A DNA stretch of 64,000 nucleotides. It comes from the human T2T-CHM13v2.0 reference genome, Homo sapiens. The DNA is taken from NCBI RefSeq assembly GCF_009914755.1, contig NC_060937.1; one strand, written 5' to 3'. The position numbers were made by a program, and so were the translations under genes. Shown here piece after piece: positions 40,746 to 56,199 of this stretch. Under the pieces are notes generated by a model. It was not told the origin of the DNA, searched no databases, and saw only the letters and a program-made list of their open reading frames with translations. How positions within the stretch are numbered: the first letter of the stretch is position 1; every line of letters begins with the position of its first letter.

Positions 40746-43700
40746 TTGTCACACTGTATCTCATGAATTCTAGCATGTGCTTTTCTCCATGTCAATATCT
40801 TTAAATCAGGATGTTTCTTTCCATTTTCATAGCTTGGATTTGGTGGAAGATGGTAATCAATCTGCGTGACTCTTCAACAATAAAAGGATTCTTTAATTTG
40901 AGAATTTCTGAGAGGGAAAGAATATCTGAATTGATTATTGTGGGAAAATCTATCCCCCAGGATCCATTTCCCTGAGATATGTAGGTAGAAGGGAACCGTG
41001 GAGGTAACATTTAGATTTATAATGGTCAACGCTTTAAAACAGGTGTGAAACAAACAGAATCTCGAGGCGATCAGCCGCACAATCATTGCACTGAACACCT
41101 GATGCTCAGAAAGACACAAAGTGCTCGATTTTGAAAGGGATAAAATATTCTCTTTTATCCTGGGCACAAACAGACTTTACAAAAAGAAGGCAATTTAGTT
41201 GAGATCTTCATTTTCCCCTTGAAAAGAGATCAACTATATTCAGGCTCTAGCAATAAATGCAAAACCAAAAGTTTTCTCAGAATCACTATGCTTCCCATTG
41301 GTTTGTGAAAGCCCTCTCATCTCAGCTTCCACACACGCTCCAGGGTTCCGGGGAAGCCCGTGCCTGGGCCTCGTCTTGTTTTCAGGTGAGTGCCCTTCAG
41401 TGCTGCTGACTTCATTCACCCCAGTGCCAAACCCTCCCAGGATGGGGGTCCCGGGATCTGTGTTCTTTCCATCTCCCACCAGAAATGCAGCACTCAAGCT
41501 TCACCAAGCTTGTCTGGTCTGGGCAGATGCCGCTGCCTGCTCATGAGCCTGGGAACTTCCCTCAAAGGAGCTCTGGGGCTCTGTTCCTGAGGAGCCCCGA
41601 AGATGCTCTAAACAACGGCTTCTGCAGAATAAAGCAAATGAGTGCTTTATGACCAGTACCCAAGACAAGAACATGGTGTCCCTTGTTGATTCGGGGCAAG
41701 ACTGTACGTGGTGGCTCCGGGAGCTGGCCGGATCCTGGGGGCTCATCTTCACGGGGGAGACTCAGGCATCTTGAATGCTGAAGAGGGCAATGGGAGGGGA
41801 TGGAGAAGGCTGAGTCTCCTGTTTGAACATGTCCTGCCATCCAGATTGTCTATGTGGACTCTTCTGTAAATTTTTATAATTAAATATTTAAAAAACTTTA
41901 AAAGTTCCCCGAACAGGAAGGAACCCATTCAGAAGAGTCCTTACATTGACCCCGAGCTGTGGAGAAGACATGCTCCTGGGTGGCGGTCTTGAAACCTTGT
42001 TAAGCCCCTGCATGCAGGAGAATTTGCAGACACTCCCAATCCATGCATGTTCATTCTTTTACACAGTTTGGGAATCACTGTTCTAGACTCTATGTGCATT
42101 TATTAGACCGGGTCCCGACAGGAAAACCATGGCATATTCAGAAGGGAGGAGTGAGAGGCTAAGGGAACAGAAGCATCTGTAGAGAGGTGGGCAGGGCAGG
42201 AGAGCCAACCACGATGGGGAGGCCTGGGTGTCCGAGGTGGCCCTCCTGAAACCGTGGGCTTAGTAGGGCATGTAGACACTGCTAGCCCACAGCCTGGCTT
42301 GATGAACATGTGACCGAGCTCTCTTTTCTGAAATACTCTAATTTTGTACAAGCTTCTGCCATTGGCCCAAATCAACCTGGGGTGGGGCTGGTGACAGATG
42401 ACAGCATCCCAGCCTGGGGAAGGACAAGCCCAGACGGCCCAGCAGGGGTTTAGTAACAGCCATCCCTTCAAAACAGGTGATTGCAAAGACGAATTCCAAC
42501 AGAACAGACTTCGGGCGTCCTAGAACTTGTCTCTAATGTCAGTCCAACAAGAGAGAGAAGGGCCCCGCTCACTCGTTTCTGCTGCTGTGGTGGGAGCAGA
42601 AGAGATGCCAAGAGAGGCCCAGGGAAGGTGTCTGCAAACTTGAATTGGGCCACAGAGATCCTGCAGCCTGAGGACCGGGCCCTGGTCACCGGCAGCCCCT
42701 GGAGCTGCGGTGGTCCTAAAAGACCCCTAGGATCTTCTCAAACACAACGTTGACGGTCTTCTCTCTGTGTAGGGTATTCGCTGATGTGGCCAAATGTGTT
42801 CAAATAGAATTAGCCATGTGGTATGAAAAAATGATAGAATTACCACCTGAGGGACAAGAGGAAGGGCAGTGCAGTCTCACTGAGGTAGGCTTTTTATTTT
42901 TTTAAAGTGAGATGGGACCTTATGGTTTTTACATGTTTTGAAATTACCGTTAAAACTTGCTACCCATATAAAATTCACCGGGTCATCACTTAATTTCCGA
43001 ACTTTATTTTTCTTTATAAAAGTAATAAAAGTTCATTCTAGTCAATTTAAGACTAGACAAGCAGAAAAATAATACACACCACCCAGACAACTGTTGGTGA
43101 TCTCTGGAATGATTTGGAGCTTTACCTGTATGAGCAGGATGCCTCCTGAGCCAGAGGAAAAGTGTCCCTGAACCTTTGTGCTAAGAGGGGCAGCCCCACC
43201 CTGAGCACCTCATTCCTCCAGAGCAGCACACAGGTGCCAGCGTCCGCAGCCTTTAGGGCTCTGAAGGAGCGAGCACGTCGCTGGGTCTTTGTAGGAAGAA
43301 CCACCTTTGTGTATGGGGAAGTTGTGGACATAAAAGTAGGGGAGGGGCACAGGAAAGGAGCTGGAGCAGGACCAGCCTGGCTGTGTCTGGAACCTCCCTG
43401 TGCCTCTGGGCAACCTCCGCCATGGGATCCTGTACTGCGGGACCCTGTGCCGCCCTGAGTCGAGAGGCTGGACACAGGCTTTGCCTACTCACAGTCAGCT
43501 CCATTTAAATTTCTAGTCCTCAGGAGAATGTGAGCAGAGGTGCTCGCCCCTCTGTCCTCCGTGTACTGTGCATTCGTGTATTCGTGTCACAGAGCATGGA
43601 GCCAGCATGGCTGGGGTGAGTGAGCGATGCCACGTCCCATGCTTTACTTGTACTGTGGTCAAAGGGGCTGTGAACTTCTCAGGTGCTCAGTCCCCATGCC

Positions 43701-46700
43701 CTGAAGTCCCCTAGAAAGAAGGCAGGCTGCCTTCTTCCCGGGCCTGGGCCTCCCTCCCCTGAGCATGGCTGCTCCCCTTGTGTGGCCACTGCGCTGAAGG
43801 CTAGAGAACACCACCGCCACCACCAACTGTGGCCCGAATGCTTCCTTGAACCCACGGTCCACTCATGAGATTTGCTGGGATGTGTATAAAATGTCCAATT
43901 TATAGTCACAACTCAGCTTTGGAAGCTGGAACTCTGCAATGTCTGAAGGGACTGAGGGAGCCCTGCCTAGCTCTCTCTTCTCAGGAGATCAGCTGTGTAG
44001 GGAGGGCTCAGGCCAAGAGGGGCGCTGGGTGGGGGGCAGCAGTGGCCACATGGGGTGCTGGGGTGGCTGGTGGCTCCCTCCCCTGGGAGTGCTGAAGAAA
44101 ACACCCCCTCGATTCTCTGCACTTGTACTGGGTGTTCCCTTGGCCCTGGTGTGTGCCTTTTTTTTTTTTTTTTTTTTGATAGTGGGAACTTTCCATTAAA
44201 GACTTTGAAAGGACAGCTGGCCCCTGGCCTGGGGGCTGAAGCTACATCGGTAGAAGGAAGGGAAGAATCCGATCGGGTGGTGGGGACCCAGTTCTGGCCA
44301 TTTCCTCTTTTATTTTGGGACATTCTGCTTGGCCTTGGCCTTCTTTAATGGGTATGCAGTTCAGGGATGAACTACGACGGGAACCTGTCAGGGAAAGGGC
44401 TGTGAGAAGCTGGGGCGAAGGGTGCAGGGGATGTGACGGGGGACCGGGGACCTGTCGTCCTCGTGCTCAGGCCAGGGCTGCTCCAGCAGGAAGGGGGTTG
44501 AGGTGCAGTCTTGGGAAAGCGGTGCGTGGCTTCTCAGGCCCTTCCAGGGTGCCATGCATGGGAGGGGCTTACCCTGGAGTAAGTGCATGGAGGGGTCAGG
44601 GCTGCCTGGCAGGAGCAGGGGTGAGGTGGGTGTGGTTCCACGGGTGGGACCTGCCTTGGAGGGCTGTGCATTTGGGTTCCTCTCTCTTGTATGCATCAAA
44701 GGCCTGTTTTCAAGAGATGGATTAAGTTTTGTCATATATCTTCTAGGCAAACATACTTTCCTGATATTTCAAATATCGGCAGCTTCCAGGACTGGGGGCG
44801 TAGGAGTGAGCTGGTGATAGAGCCAGCTATGTGGGAATCAGCACAGAGCACAGGCCGGGTGTGATGTGTGCCCTGCAGGCAGTGAAGGTCTTCCAAGAGC
44901 TTGCTTTAGCTAAGCCAACCCAAGTAAGATACGCTGCATCTCTCCCGTGCACCAGGAACGTGCCCTGCATGATGGCCTGGCACTTGGGGCCAGCATGGGC
45001 CTCTGCTCCTCAGACCTAGATTCAGTGTCCTGGCCCATCCCCCCTTGAGACTCTGCTCATGGGCTCTTGGCCGTGTGAATGTCTGTCCTGTGACCCTGGG
45101 GGTCTCTCTTGCTTTGTCCCAGACCTGGAGCACATGGACCCGGCAGGAGAACCCTCCAATGCTCAGTAGCACCAAAGTGCCTTGTATCCACAGGCCCCAC
45201 TCTCCCGAACAGCCTCAGATAGCAGCTGGTGTCCTCTGTTGTACATTCCTACTTCGTGTAACCTTCACGCAGGCCCTAGGAAGCCAACTTGATTTCTTTA
45301 TCATACAGACAAAGAAACCAAGGCCGGGAGGTGTGCGTTCACTCACCCAGAGTGACATCCCTGCAAAAGGGAAAGGGCAGGATGAAGTCATCATGGACCC
45401 TCTGAGCCTGACTCGGTGGTTGCGTGAATCTTTGCAACTCACCAGGTTTGCAACAATGACCCTTCATTGAATGAAATGATCAGAAGTTGCCACTAGTGAC
45501 AAGTTCTGAAAATGCCACCGTGAGCAACAGGCTTGAGAGGGTGGCAGGAATTCCCTTCAAATGCAGAAGCTGGCACTCGGGCAGCAGTGAGGCGTTTGGG
45601 AGGGACGACGTTGCCATCTGCCCGTGTTAGGTTGGCACAGTGCCCGCCTCAGGAGGCGCTTGATAAATGCTTCCCTGTTTGCATTCTTGCTTGGGGCTGT
45701 CTAAGGGGAAATGCGGTAAAGATTCGGGACACACGAGACCAGAGATTTCCAATAGAGGAGGTGGATGTCAGAGAGAGAGAGAGGGGCTATAGCCATAACT
45801 GGGTGTTCACTCTAGAAATAACCATTTCATACCATGGCTGAGCCGCCAGACCTTTGAGCCTGATGTACCCAAGGCTCTGTCATCACGAGGCCTTTCGAGG
45901 GATGCATATCCCTCTTCAGTAATGTGATGCATACTTTTTTGGGTTCATGTCAGCAAGAGAAATGTAAAATTGAGGCATTGAGAAGAAATGTACAATTGAG
46001 GCATTGAGGAAAATTCTGGATTTTCCATGGATGGAGTGACCATGAAATTCTTGAGCGACAGAAACAAAGTAATCTGAGCAAAATGTCCCCGAACAGAATT
46101 TTTTCCTACAACATTAAAATGTGGTTAAATAAATGCAGTATTAAAAATCATGTTGCAGACTGGCCACAGGGATGGAAACGACCCAAAGGCCTCCAGGCTG
46201 GCTGTGAAGAGAGCCAATGTCCCTGTCGCCAGGCTCCGGAGGGCAGGGGGGAGGGCAGGTGTCTTTGCCTCACTTTTCACTTTTCATCTTACTCCTTTCA
46301 CAAGGAATGCATACATACACCAGGACCTTGTGGTTGTGAGAATGAAGGGATCCTAAAACCTGGTAGAGATTTTAGCTTCTGCACTGTCTCAGGGTGAGCA
46401 GGGCTCCGCGTCTCATCCCATTGCTGCGATGACCACAGGATCACACCACCACAGGGCTTCCCCTCCCACGCCTGTCCCTCCCAATGGCTGACGGGTGTCA
46501 GGCATTTCCAGACATTCCGTACAACATGGTTGAGTTCAGGAGAGCCCTCCCGCTCTGTCTGATGTTTTCCAATGATGATTTTGGCAGTCAGATCTGAGGT
46601 CCCTGTGTCCTCCTAGCGCCTTTTCATGCAGAACTCTTCACCGTGAATTGTAATTTCCTGCTCACTCGCTGATTTCCCCATGACTCAGAGAGTTATGACA

Positions 46701-47111
46701 TGGAGCGAGGGGAGGGACAAGGTCTGTCTCAGGTGAGACTCTCGCTGCTGGGCACAGGGGCTCGGAAGTCTTGTTGAATGCACGGATGAATCATCGTGGC
46801 CCTGGCGTATTTTGAAAGGAAGAATCTGGGTAGAGTGAAGATAACATCTGAGTTATTTCCTCAGCTCTGCCACTCTGTATCTGGGGAAAGATATGGATTT
46901 TGGTTTTTTCATTTAAAAAATTTGAATAACAACATCTGCTTTGCATATTTCATAGTTTGCTTGGAGGATCCAAGAAAAGTGCTTTGAAACGCAAGAGCCC
47001 TCTCTGGAGCAGGTGTGGTTGGTGGAAATAGCATGAGTGTGGATTCCAGGAGCCCAGGGCTTAGAGTTGGCTCCTTCCAGGCACTGCGTTTTAGGAGGGG
47101 TGGATGGTAAA

Positions 47112-47702
47112 TGGTCGATCCTTACCGCTGGTGGAATCTGCACTTGCAAATTTGCCTGCTCACTAAAATTTATTTATAATTCCAAAGTCAGTACTTGCAG
47201 AGCTTTTGAGGACGTGCACAGAGGGGAGAAAAGAATTGAGTCGCCAGACGTGTGTGTGTTTTTCCTACACATGTTCCCAGCTGAGATTGAACAAGGCCAC
47301 ACGGCCTTCTTGCTTCAGGGCTCAGGCTGTGAAGAAGTATCCTTTTCATGGTCGCGCGTCTTGTGTTTAAAACAGGCCACGCACAGTGCTGACACGCTAT
47401 CTGATGTCCTAAGCACAAGGGGAGGGGAGGCCCTCTCGCGAGAACACACGCGTGAGCTGAGCTTCACTCAGGTGTGAGTGACGATGCTGCCGGCCCAGAG
47501 TCAGTGCCTCTTAAATCAGGTGCCTTTCAACAGGACCACGCACAAAACGAGGCTATGCCTTGGTCCATTGACAAAAATGTGACTGGAGGCTCGCGGGAAC
47601 CTAGCCCCGTGTCTCCTGAGTAGCGGTGGTTCAGGATTCACTAATTCATCATTTGTGTTAACTTCCTCAAATATACCTGCTGTGAGTAATGAGAAGCCAC
47701 TG
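47112..47702 (-). mobile_element. MER82, second copy
   Basis: GCAAATTTGCCTGCTCACTAAAATTTATTT...TGAGTCGCCAGACG...GTTCCCAGCTGAG...GAACAAGGC...GTAATGAGAAGCCACTG|TA. Confidence 0.8.
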
Positions 47703-47806
47703 TATGTGGGAATGTCTGGCCAAAGACAGCCCCTCAAAAGATTCCCGTATGCCCTATTATTTTTCTGACCCTCCAGAAAAAAACGTACACATAAAAATCT
47801 AATTAA

Positions 47807-48182
<376 letters not shown>

Positions 48183-48259
48183 TCACCTTCTCCTTCCAGC
48201 AGTTGCCCTGTCCCTCCAGCTGGGCATCGTGTCACGTCTTGTTTCTGTAATTTTATGGA

Positions 48260-48466
48260 AGTGCCATCTGACGGAAGTTTCTGTGGTGGTGGAAATGTTC
48301 TTCTGTGGGCTGTCCACTACTACAGCCGCTGGCCACGTGTGGCCGCTGAGCACTTACCATGTGGCTTATGTGTCTAATGAACTATATTTTAAATTTTACT
48401 TAATTTTGATGTATTTAAATCTAATTTGCCATGGTTGGCTGGTGGCTGCTGTTTTGGACAGTGTGG
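48260..48466. mobile_element. MER3 (hAT-Charlie)
   Basis: TTTCTGTGGTGGTGGAAATGTTC...GCTGTCCA...GGCCACGTGTGGCCGCTGAGCACTT...TTTTAAATTTTACTTAATTTT...TTGGACAGTG. Confidence 0.85.
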
Positions 48467-50952
48467 ATTTCTACGACTGGTCCCTGGTGAATGGTCTGTG
48501 ATTGGGGTGAGCTGTGGACTCAGCTGGCTTGTCCCAGCTCTCCCAGGAAAGTGTGGCTCATATGAGGAGGTGCGGCGGGCTCAGGCTGGACACGGGAGCT
48601 GCCGGTCTGGCGCAGAGGGGAGCGAGGCAGGGCTGTTTGCCGGGGGTGCTTCCCATCCTTTGTGTCCTTGCTTCTCCTGATCCCTGGAGCTCCTTCATCT
48701 GATTCCAAGGACCCTGAGGCATGGTGTCCGCAGTGCCCAGGTGGGCAGGCATTTTCTGCCAGGCCCCTCCTGCAAGTTCTGCAGCCCTGGTTGGGTCCTG
48801 CTCTCTGGGAACCGGCCCCTCCCTGGCACTTTCTGCCCCAAGATGACCACTGACCCACCCAGAAGTGCCTCCTTCTCTAAAGTGACCCTCTCCCGTCTCT
48901 CACTCTTGGCCTCTCCTGCAGGGCTTCTGGCCTCCGCTTGCTGGTAGAGCATTTGAAAAAGGACTCTTTTATCCCAAATGAAAGCTCGCTTGAGAGGTTT
49001 TCAGACTTTTGACCAAGGAAAGTAGAGTGTTGTGGGTGCTCGGGGGTGGACAGGCCTCTGGCGGCTGTGGGATGCTCTGCCCGCGTGGCTGTGGAAGGAG
49101 ACTGAAGTCAGAGATAGGTGGTCAGGCTTTCCCAGTTAAAAAAAATAGCTGAACTTGATGGCGTGTTTAACATGCACCTGGCATTTTGCCACACACTGTC
49201 TCATTTAACCAGCGCCGCTGACTGGGAAGGAACCACTGCGGCCACCTCCACCTTGTGAAAGAGTGGCTGAGGCAGATCCCGCAACCTGCCCACCGTCCCC
49301 TCATCAGGAAGTCATGGTGTCAGGTCCAGGTCTTGGGCCCAGAGGGCTTTCTCCCTGAAGGGAGGTGAGCGTCCTGAGCAGCCCTCATGCTTCCCCAGGT
49401 ACAGTAAGACGCTCGGGCTTCTGGCACACACCTCTCCCGTGACGTTCAGTGACACCACGAGAGAATTGTTTGGATCTTCCAGCCGAGGCTCTGTAGCCTC
49501 GGATTTCCATCCAGCGTTGATACCAGGTTTTGACACGCCACTGTTCCTGCTACCGATCTCCCTCCCTGTTTCCTAAAAGGTCCATCTCAGCCTCCTCACT
49601 GCCTCTGTGACTTCAGTAGCAGAGACAAGGTGGTGGAATCCACCACAGGAAATGGGGACCAGGTTGTTTTCCCATATTTAATTAGCAGGATTTCTCCTCA
49701 TTTATTGCCAACAAAAGAATAGGGCTGGTAATGAATAGAGTTACACAGTTATTTTTTGGAGGGGGATAAAGTGGAAACCTGTGTAGACGAAGAACCTGTT
49801 TCTCCAAGTGTCTGCTCCAACTGTGGAAAATGGCCAAGCTGTGTAACCGTGGCCCTCAGGAGGGAGGACAGAGCCCCTCTCGGCCCCTCTCCCTGCCTGG
49901 CTCCAGAGTTTCTGGATCAGAAAAGGCAGCTATTGTGATGGGTAATTCTTTAATCATTGTAGAAATGCTGTGTTTTGCAAGCACTTTTATATTGTATTGA
50001 GCTGGTATTGAAGGTACTGAGTCCTTCAGACTGGTCTGATGTCCTTCCTTTCCCCAGGTAATTGCAGAACCCAGGTCTGGATGGAAGCAGAGGTGGTAAC
50101 AGCAGGTTTTATCCTTTCCTGTGTGGTTCAGGAATGGCCTCGCCTCAAAGGGAGGACTTTAGGAATCACTGTCTTTTCTATCCTGGGACCCTACCAGCCT
50201 CCATTCAGGTCGAGCTGCCTCACATCTGGTCTGTGTTGTGCACTTGAAGCTAACAAAGTCTTTGCTTAGCTATTTGGACTTCTGTGTATGGAAAAAGGTT
50301 CCTTTGTTCTTTTCCTTGGGCATACATTTGGCAGCCTACATACCGGATGATGTTCTAAATATTTAACGACCAGCAGGCTCGGGACCCACCAGCCAGGAAG
50401 GGTGACTGCAGTGAGTGCCCAGGGGTATGAAGCTCGCAGCAGCCTTCCTGCCTGGGGCTCCCTGAACCTACTGAAGACGGCAGGGAAAGCTTAAGTTTTG
50501 TTCGGAGTTCACAGTATTTTCTGTAGTGCAGTGATGCTTATTTTTTCCCCAGTGGTTCAAAAGTTAAGGACCCATTCCCAGGAGAAAGGTACACACACGC
50601 TCCATTTTGCTTGCAAATGAAAGGGCTCATAGATTCACTGAAGCTCTCAGTATCAAAGAGCACTTTCTCTGAAGTGGGAGATCCACAAAACCAAGTCCTA
50701 GCACCCCTTTGCAGGCGCTAGCATCCATATGGGTGGAGTCCCAGAGAACAAGGACCTTTCACCATTTGTAAGAACTGCAGGAAAGGGGTCATATTTTATT
50801 TCAATATTTTTAGTAACTTTCAATTTTGATAGCGTTTCAATTTTAAGGAAAAGCTAATAAACAGCAAGAACAGCCTAATACATTTCCATATGTCCTTTAG
50901 CTAGGTTCAATTATTATTGACCTTTTACACCATTTGCCTATCACTCTATCTG

Positions 50953-50955
<3 letters not shown>

Positions 50956-50987
<32 letters not shown>
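50956..50987. repeat. (CA)n microsatellite
   Basis: Pure CA run. Confidence 0.97.
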
Positions 50988-50989
<2 letters not shown>

Positions 50990-51121
50990 TTCAAGCCATC
51001 CGAGATTAAGTCAAGCCCCTTTAAGTGTGCATTTGCTAAGATCAAAATATTCTTATACATTTATGCAACTTAACTATCAAAATTGGGAATGTTAACATTT
51101 GGCTCAGTTATGTTTTCTAAG

Positions 51122-51270
51122 CCAGTGGTTCTCAAAGTGAGGTCCCCAGATCTGTGGCAGCATCTCTTGGGACCTTGTGGGCCATGGAAACCCCTTGTGG
51201 ATGGAAGCCTTGGTGATGGTGTCCGACAGCCTTCCCTCTACATGCCTCCAGGTGATTCTGACATCAGCTA
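51122..51270. mobile_element. MER5A fragment
   Basis: CAGTGGTTCTCAAAGTGAGGTCCCCAGA...CCTCCAGGTGATTCTGAC. Confidence 0.7.
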
Positions 51271-51880
51271 GGGTTGTGGAATTGCTAATGTAATCAACCG
51301 ACTCAATAACATCAGCCCTAGGTTTTTTTTTTTTTTTTTCCTGTCCAGAATTAAATCCAGGAATCCACATAGCACTTAGTTGTCATGGCTCTTTAATTAT
51401 CTTCAATCTGGGACAGTTCTTCAGCTTTTTCTGGGTCTTTCTTAATCTTGAAGTTTTTGAAGAAGACAGGCCCATCCTTCCGCAGACTGCTCCTTAATTT
51501 GGATTTGTCTGGTGTTGTGTATGATGGGATTCGAGCCATGCACCTGGGGTGGGCCTGTCACTGAAGCCACACTGCATTCCTTCTGGGCTGCACTTCAGGG
51601 GCCACCTGACATTGGTAGCTCCAGCATTGGTGACATCAGCTTTGATCCTGTGATTAGTGTAGTGTCTGTTATGTTTATTTGTTTGAAAATTTTATTCTAA
51701 TTAGTAATTTATGGGGACATACACTGAGACTATGGAAATATCCTATTCCTCATTTTAGCATCTACTGGTGGTTCCCTAGCTTCATCATTTCTTCTATATT
51801 ATTAGATATTATAATAAGTATTATTGATATATAAGATATAACAACATAAAATATAACATATAATATAGAGACAGACATAG

Positions 51881-52239
<359 letters not shown>

Positions 52240-52964
52240 CAGTCTTTTTCATTCTCATTTTATTCAATGGGTTATATGTAATCCAGTAGAATTATCTTTC
52301 ATTTTGATGCCTACATTGTTCCAGATTTGGCCACTGGGGGAGCTGATGGGACATTGTGGCATAGGACATTATCCGACAAGCTTGTGGCCCCAGGTCATAG
52401 GCAGCCAGCAATCGGAGCTAAGAGTGTACAGTTCTGAAAAACCTGGACCTTGACCTTAGAAAAAGACATTCTGGCTAATGAAGCTGGGAGTGCAGCGCGT
52501 CTTCAATGCCCTCGAATCTGCTCTCTGACGGTGCCTTCCCAGTTCCCACACCCGTGCTGCTCTCCATTCCCCGACCCCTCGGTGGCTCCGCCCACTCCAG
52601 GGCTGCCCCTGCCCTCTGGCTGCTGCCCCTGGCTCTTCCCAGTGGCTCCATCCATAGAGCTGCTCCACTCCAGAGGAGTGCCTTCTCCACTTGAATGTCC
52701 ACAAGCAGCAACTTGAATTAGGTATTGCTCCCTTCCCAGCCTGATGTTCCTCTTCCATGAACTAGCTCAGCTAATGGTGTACCCAGGTGCCCAAGCTAGG
52801 ACCCTGGGCTCATTCTAGACTCTTTCCTCGTGTTCAAACTTCATATGTTATGAGGCACGTGATATTCAAAGTCCTGGAAGCGTTAATTCAGCTCTGGCTA
52901 GAAATGGTAATTCTGCATGAAGTCTGACGGAGGTCATTGCAACAGTGGAAAGCTGTTGTGCCCC

Positions 52965-53288
52965 GAGTGCAAATCTTGGGATAGTCCTTGTGTCTTGTTA
53001 GATGCTGGTGAGTGTTACGAATGCAAATCCTGGGATAGTCCTTGTGTCTTGTTAGATGCTGGTGAGTGTTACGAGTGCAAATCTTGGGATAGTCCTTGTG
53101 TCTTGTTAGATGCTGATGAGTGTTACGAGTGCAAATCTTGGGATAGTCCTTGTGTCTTGTTAGATGCTGGTGAGTGTTACGAGTGCAAATCTTGGGATAG
53201 TCCTTGTGTCTTGTTAGATGCTGGTGAGTGTTACGAGTGCAAATCTTGGGATAGTCCTTGTGTCTTGTTAGATGCTGGTGAGTGCTAC
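52965..53288. repeat. 54-bp VNTR, 6 near-identical copies
   Basis: GAGTGCAAATCTTGGGATAGTCCTTGTGTCTTGTTAGATGCTGGTGAGTGTTAC starting at 52965, 53019, 53073, 53127, 53181 and 53235. Confidence 0.98.
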
Positions 53289-55697
53289 GTAGCAGCTGAA
53301 TTGTTAACTTGAATTGTCTTAACAATTCAGGTTAAAACTCTATGCATTTTGTATCTTATAATCATGAAGTTGAGTGTCTACATCTGTTTATGAAGAGAAG
53401 CAAAGCCCTTTTCTGCACTTATTGAAAGTCTTGTTTTACTATTTCCAAGATTTGTTGAAGGGTAACTTTGAGCAGTAAATGTGTGTGTTAGAAATCTATT
53501 TTTCATAAAGTGTTTGTTGTAGAAAATAGAGTTAATTTAAATTTAAACTTGTGTTTGTCATCAGAGGCAGGTTTTACTGATCAACTGTGTGATGATTAAC
53601 TCAGCATCCTTGGCCCCAGGAGGTTTGTTTCTTCCTCCTCTGCTGCCTGTTGCCTCCATGGTTAGGCAGCCTCAGGACTCCTTATGGACATGTGTGTAAT
53701 AAACCTGGTGGCTTTTGCTGATTTGTTTCCTTAAAAAATACGTGTAAATTCAAGATTGGCTTCATCCTATAATCCCTCCATCTTCTTAGTACTTTTCACA
53801 TCTTTTCTCTTCCCACAGCTGCTGTTTTATTTTTTTTTCTTCTCTAGCTGTGGCCATTCCACTGGTCCCCTAATCAGTCTCTCTGGACCGGGTGTGCTGC
53901 ACTCATCCCGCCCCCGACAACCTCCCTCTGCCTTGGGTGGCCTCTGTGGAATGCAGGTCTCTGCTTGCTTTGCCCCTCTGTTGAAAGCTCTTCGTGTCTC
54001 CCCAGATGGAACAAGGCAGGTTGCTTGGGTTGACAGCGAGGCCTGCGCTGGGCTCCATAGCCTTGTTGTGTGTCTCTTTCCAGCGTACCCACTGTTTTGT
54101 CCACCCTGAACTGCTCATAGCTGCCCAGCACAGCGTGCCCCTTCCGCCTCCTTCCTCTCTGGTTCTGTTCAGGTCACCCCTCCCCTCCCCTTTTCAGCCT
54201 GGTGAATGCCCGTTGCCCGACACGACCACCTGCAGGCCAAGCCAAGCTCTCAAGCAGCTACTGATGGTGTCCTTCTCTGTCCTCTCTCAAAGCATTTGAC
54301 TGCTTTTTGACACCCACCTCTGTTACCTCATGCATCCAACCAGACTTTAATTACTTGTTTACATTAACTATTTCCTAGTAGGCTGTTAGCAACTTGAGAG
54401 AATGTCTCTGTCTTTTAATTATCTTTTCCCACCTAGATTACTACCTGGCACACAGCAGATGTTCAACAAGGCTCTGCTGGATGAGAACTTAATGACTCCC
54501 TAGCATGACGGAAAGAGGTTACATAACAGAATTGAACACAGAAGAGTGTCACCTAATGACAGCTGCTAGGAAATCAGCTACTTTAAATAGACTCTAAAAC
54601 ATCCATTCCCTCCCTTCACGGAGGGCCTCACCTGAATAGACTGCCTCCACTAGAGGAGAAGTTGTTCTGTGATTTGTTTTTATGATTAAGGTATTTTAAA
54701 TAGTTTATAATTACCAACACCACTAAACTTGAGCCCATTGTTGTCATTTTGTTGGTTTTTCATGGAAAATTTGCTACAGTTTGAATCCCAAATATGTCTG
54801 TAAGCCTTTAGGCAATCTCTTTCTGGAGTCATGTTTGGCCCCCCATGATTGGGGATTGGCCATGAAATTGGCCATGAGATTGGCCCCCCATGAAAAGTCT
54901 ACTGCAGATGGAAATGATGTTTTCAATGAGTTAGCAATTTTTGGCCCCATTAATGACTAAAATAAACCATTGAAAGTGCTCAATTTGAAGTGGGTCTTGA
55001 AGAAAGATGTGAAGTTAGGAATGAAAATAAGGTTTTCCAGACATCACAGTAAAATGCATAAAAAGAAGCAAACAGAACCAGCAGGAAGAATATGAAAAGA
55101 TCTTAAAAGGAAGGCAAGAAGGAAGACCAAAAGCCTTGGAGGGCATCTTCAGCACAGGGTAGAGGGCCAAGGGTCTTTCTTGGGTGGGTGTAAATAGAGC
55201 CAAAGGAAGTTTCAGGAAAGAGATCATTCACACATCAGCAAGCACCACACACTGCACTGCAACAAGGTCGAGTTGTGCACGTGGGCTGTGCTTTGGAAGC
55301 GTCCAGACGTCCGTGCAGGTGTTCTCTTTAGAGTGTGCCCTGAATGGCAGTAAGCAGACAAGGACATTTTATGTAGAAGAGCATCTGGTATAGAAGGAAC
55401 TGCTTTGATCAGTCCCACGCTCTCTTCTCTTTGGATGGTGACTTGCATCACAATCAGAAGCTTCTAAAGTTAGTAAAAAAAAAACAAGTGGAGACACATT
55501 TATTAAACTCCCATCATTGCATATGTGGTATGCTCCACAAATGTGTGCCTTAACACCACAGCTGTGTTGTCAAAGGTGTTTTGTGTAGGCATTTACTCTA
55601 GAACACTACTGATTCTTAGGAGAAACAGAGTTTAGACGTATAGAATCACAGAAATAAGGTTTAGGTAGTTCACTTAAAAGTGATCCAACTTCCTTAG

Positions 55698-56068
<371 letters not shown>

Positions 56069-56199
56069 CCTCCCTCCCTCTTTTCTGACCATCTCTTTAT
56101 GCTGCTTATGTTTCCCACAAAAGCTCCACCTCCCATGTAGCATTTGGATCATGTTCTTTTCTTCTTCCTGCTCTGCAAACTCTTCAAACTTTTCATCCA

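Noticed and set aside
52965-53288. Possible CRISPR array or zinc-binding repeat protein
   Set aside because: The units are contiguous with no spacers; Cys spacing matches no family I recognise, and the open frame follows from the 54-bp period.
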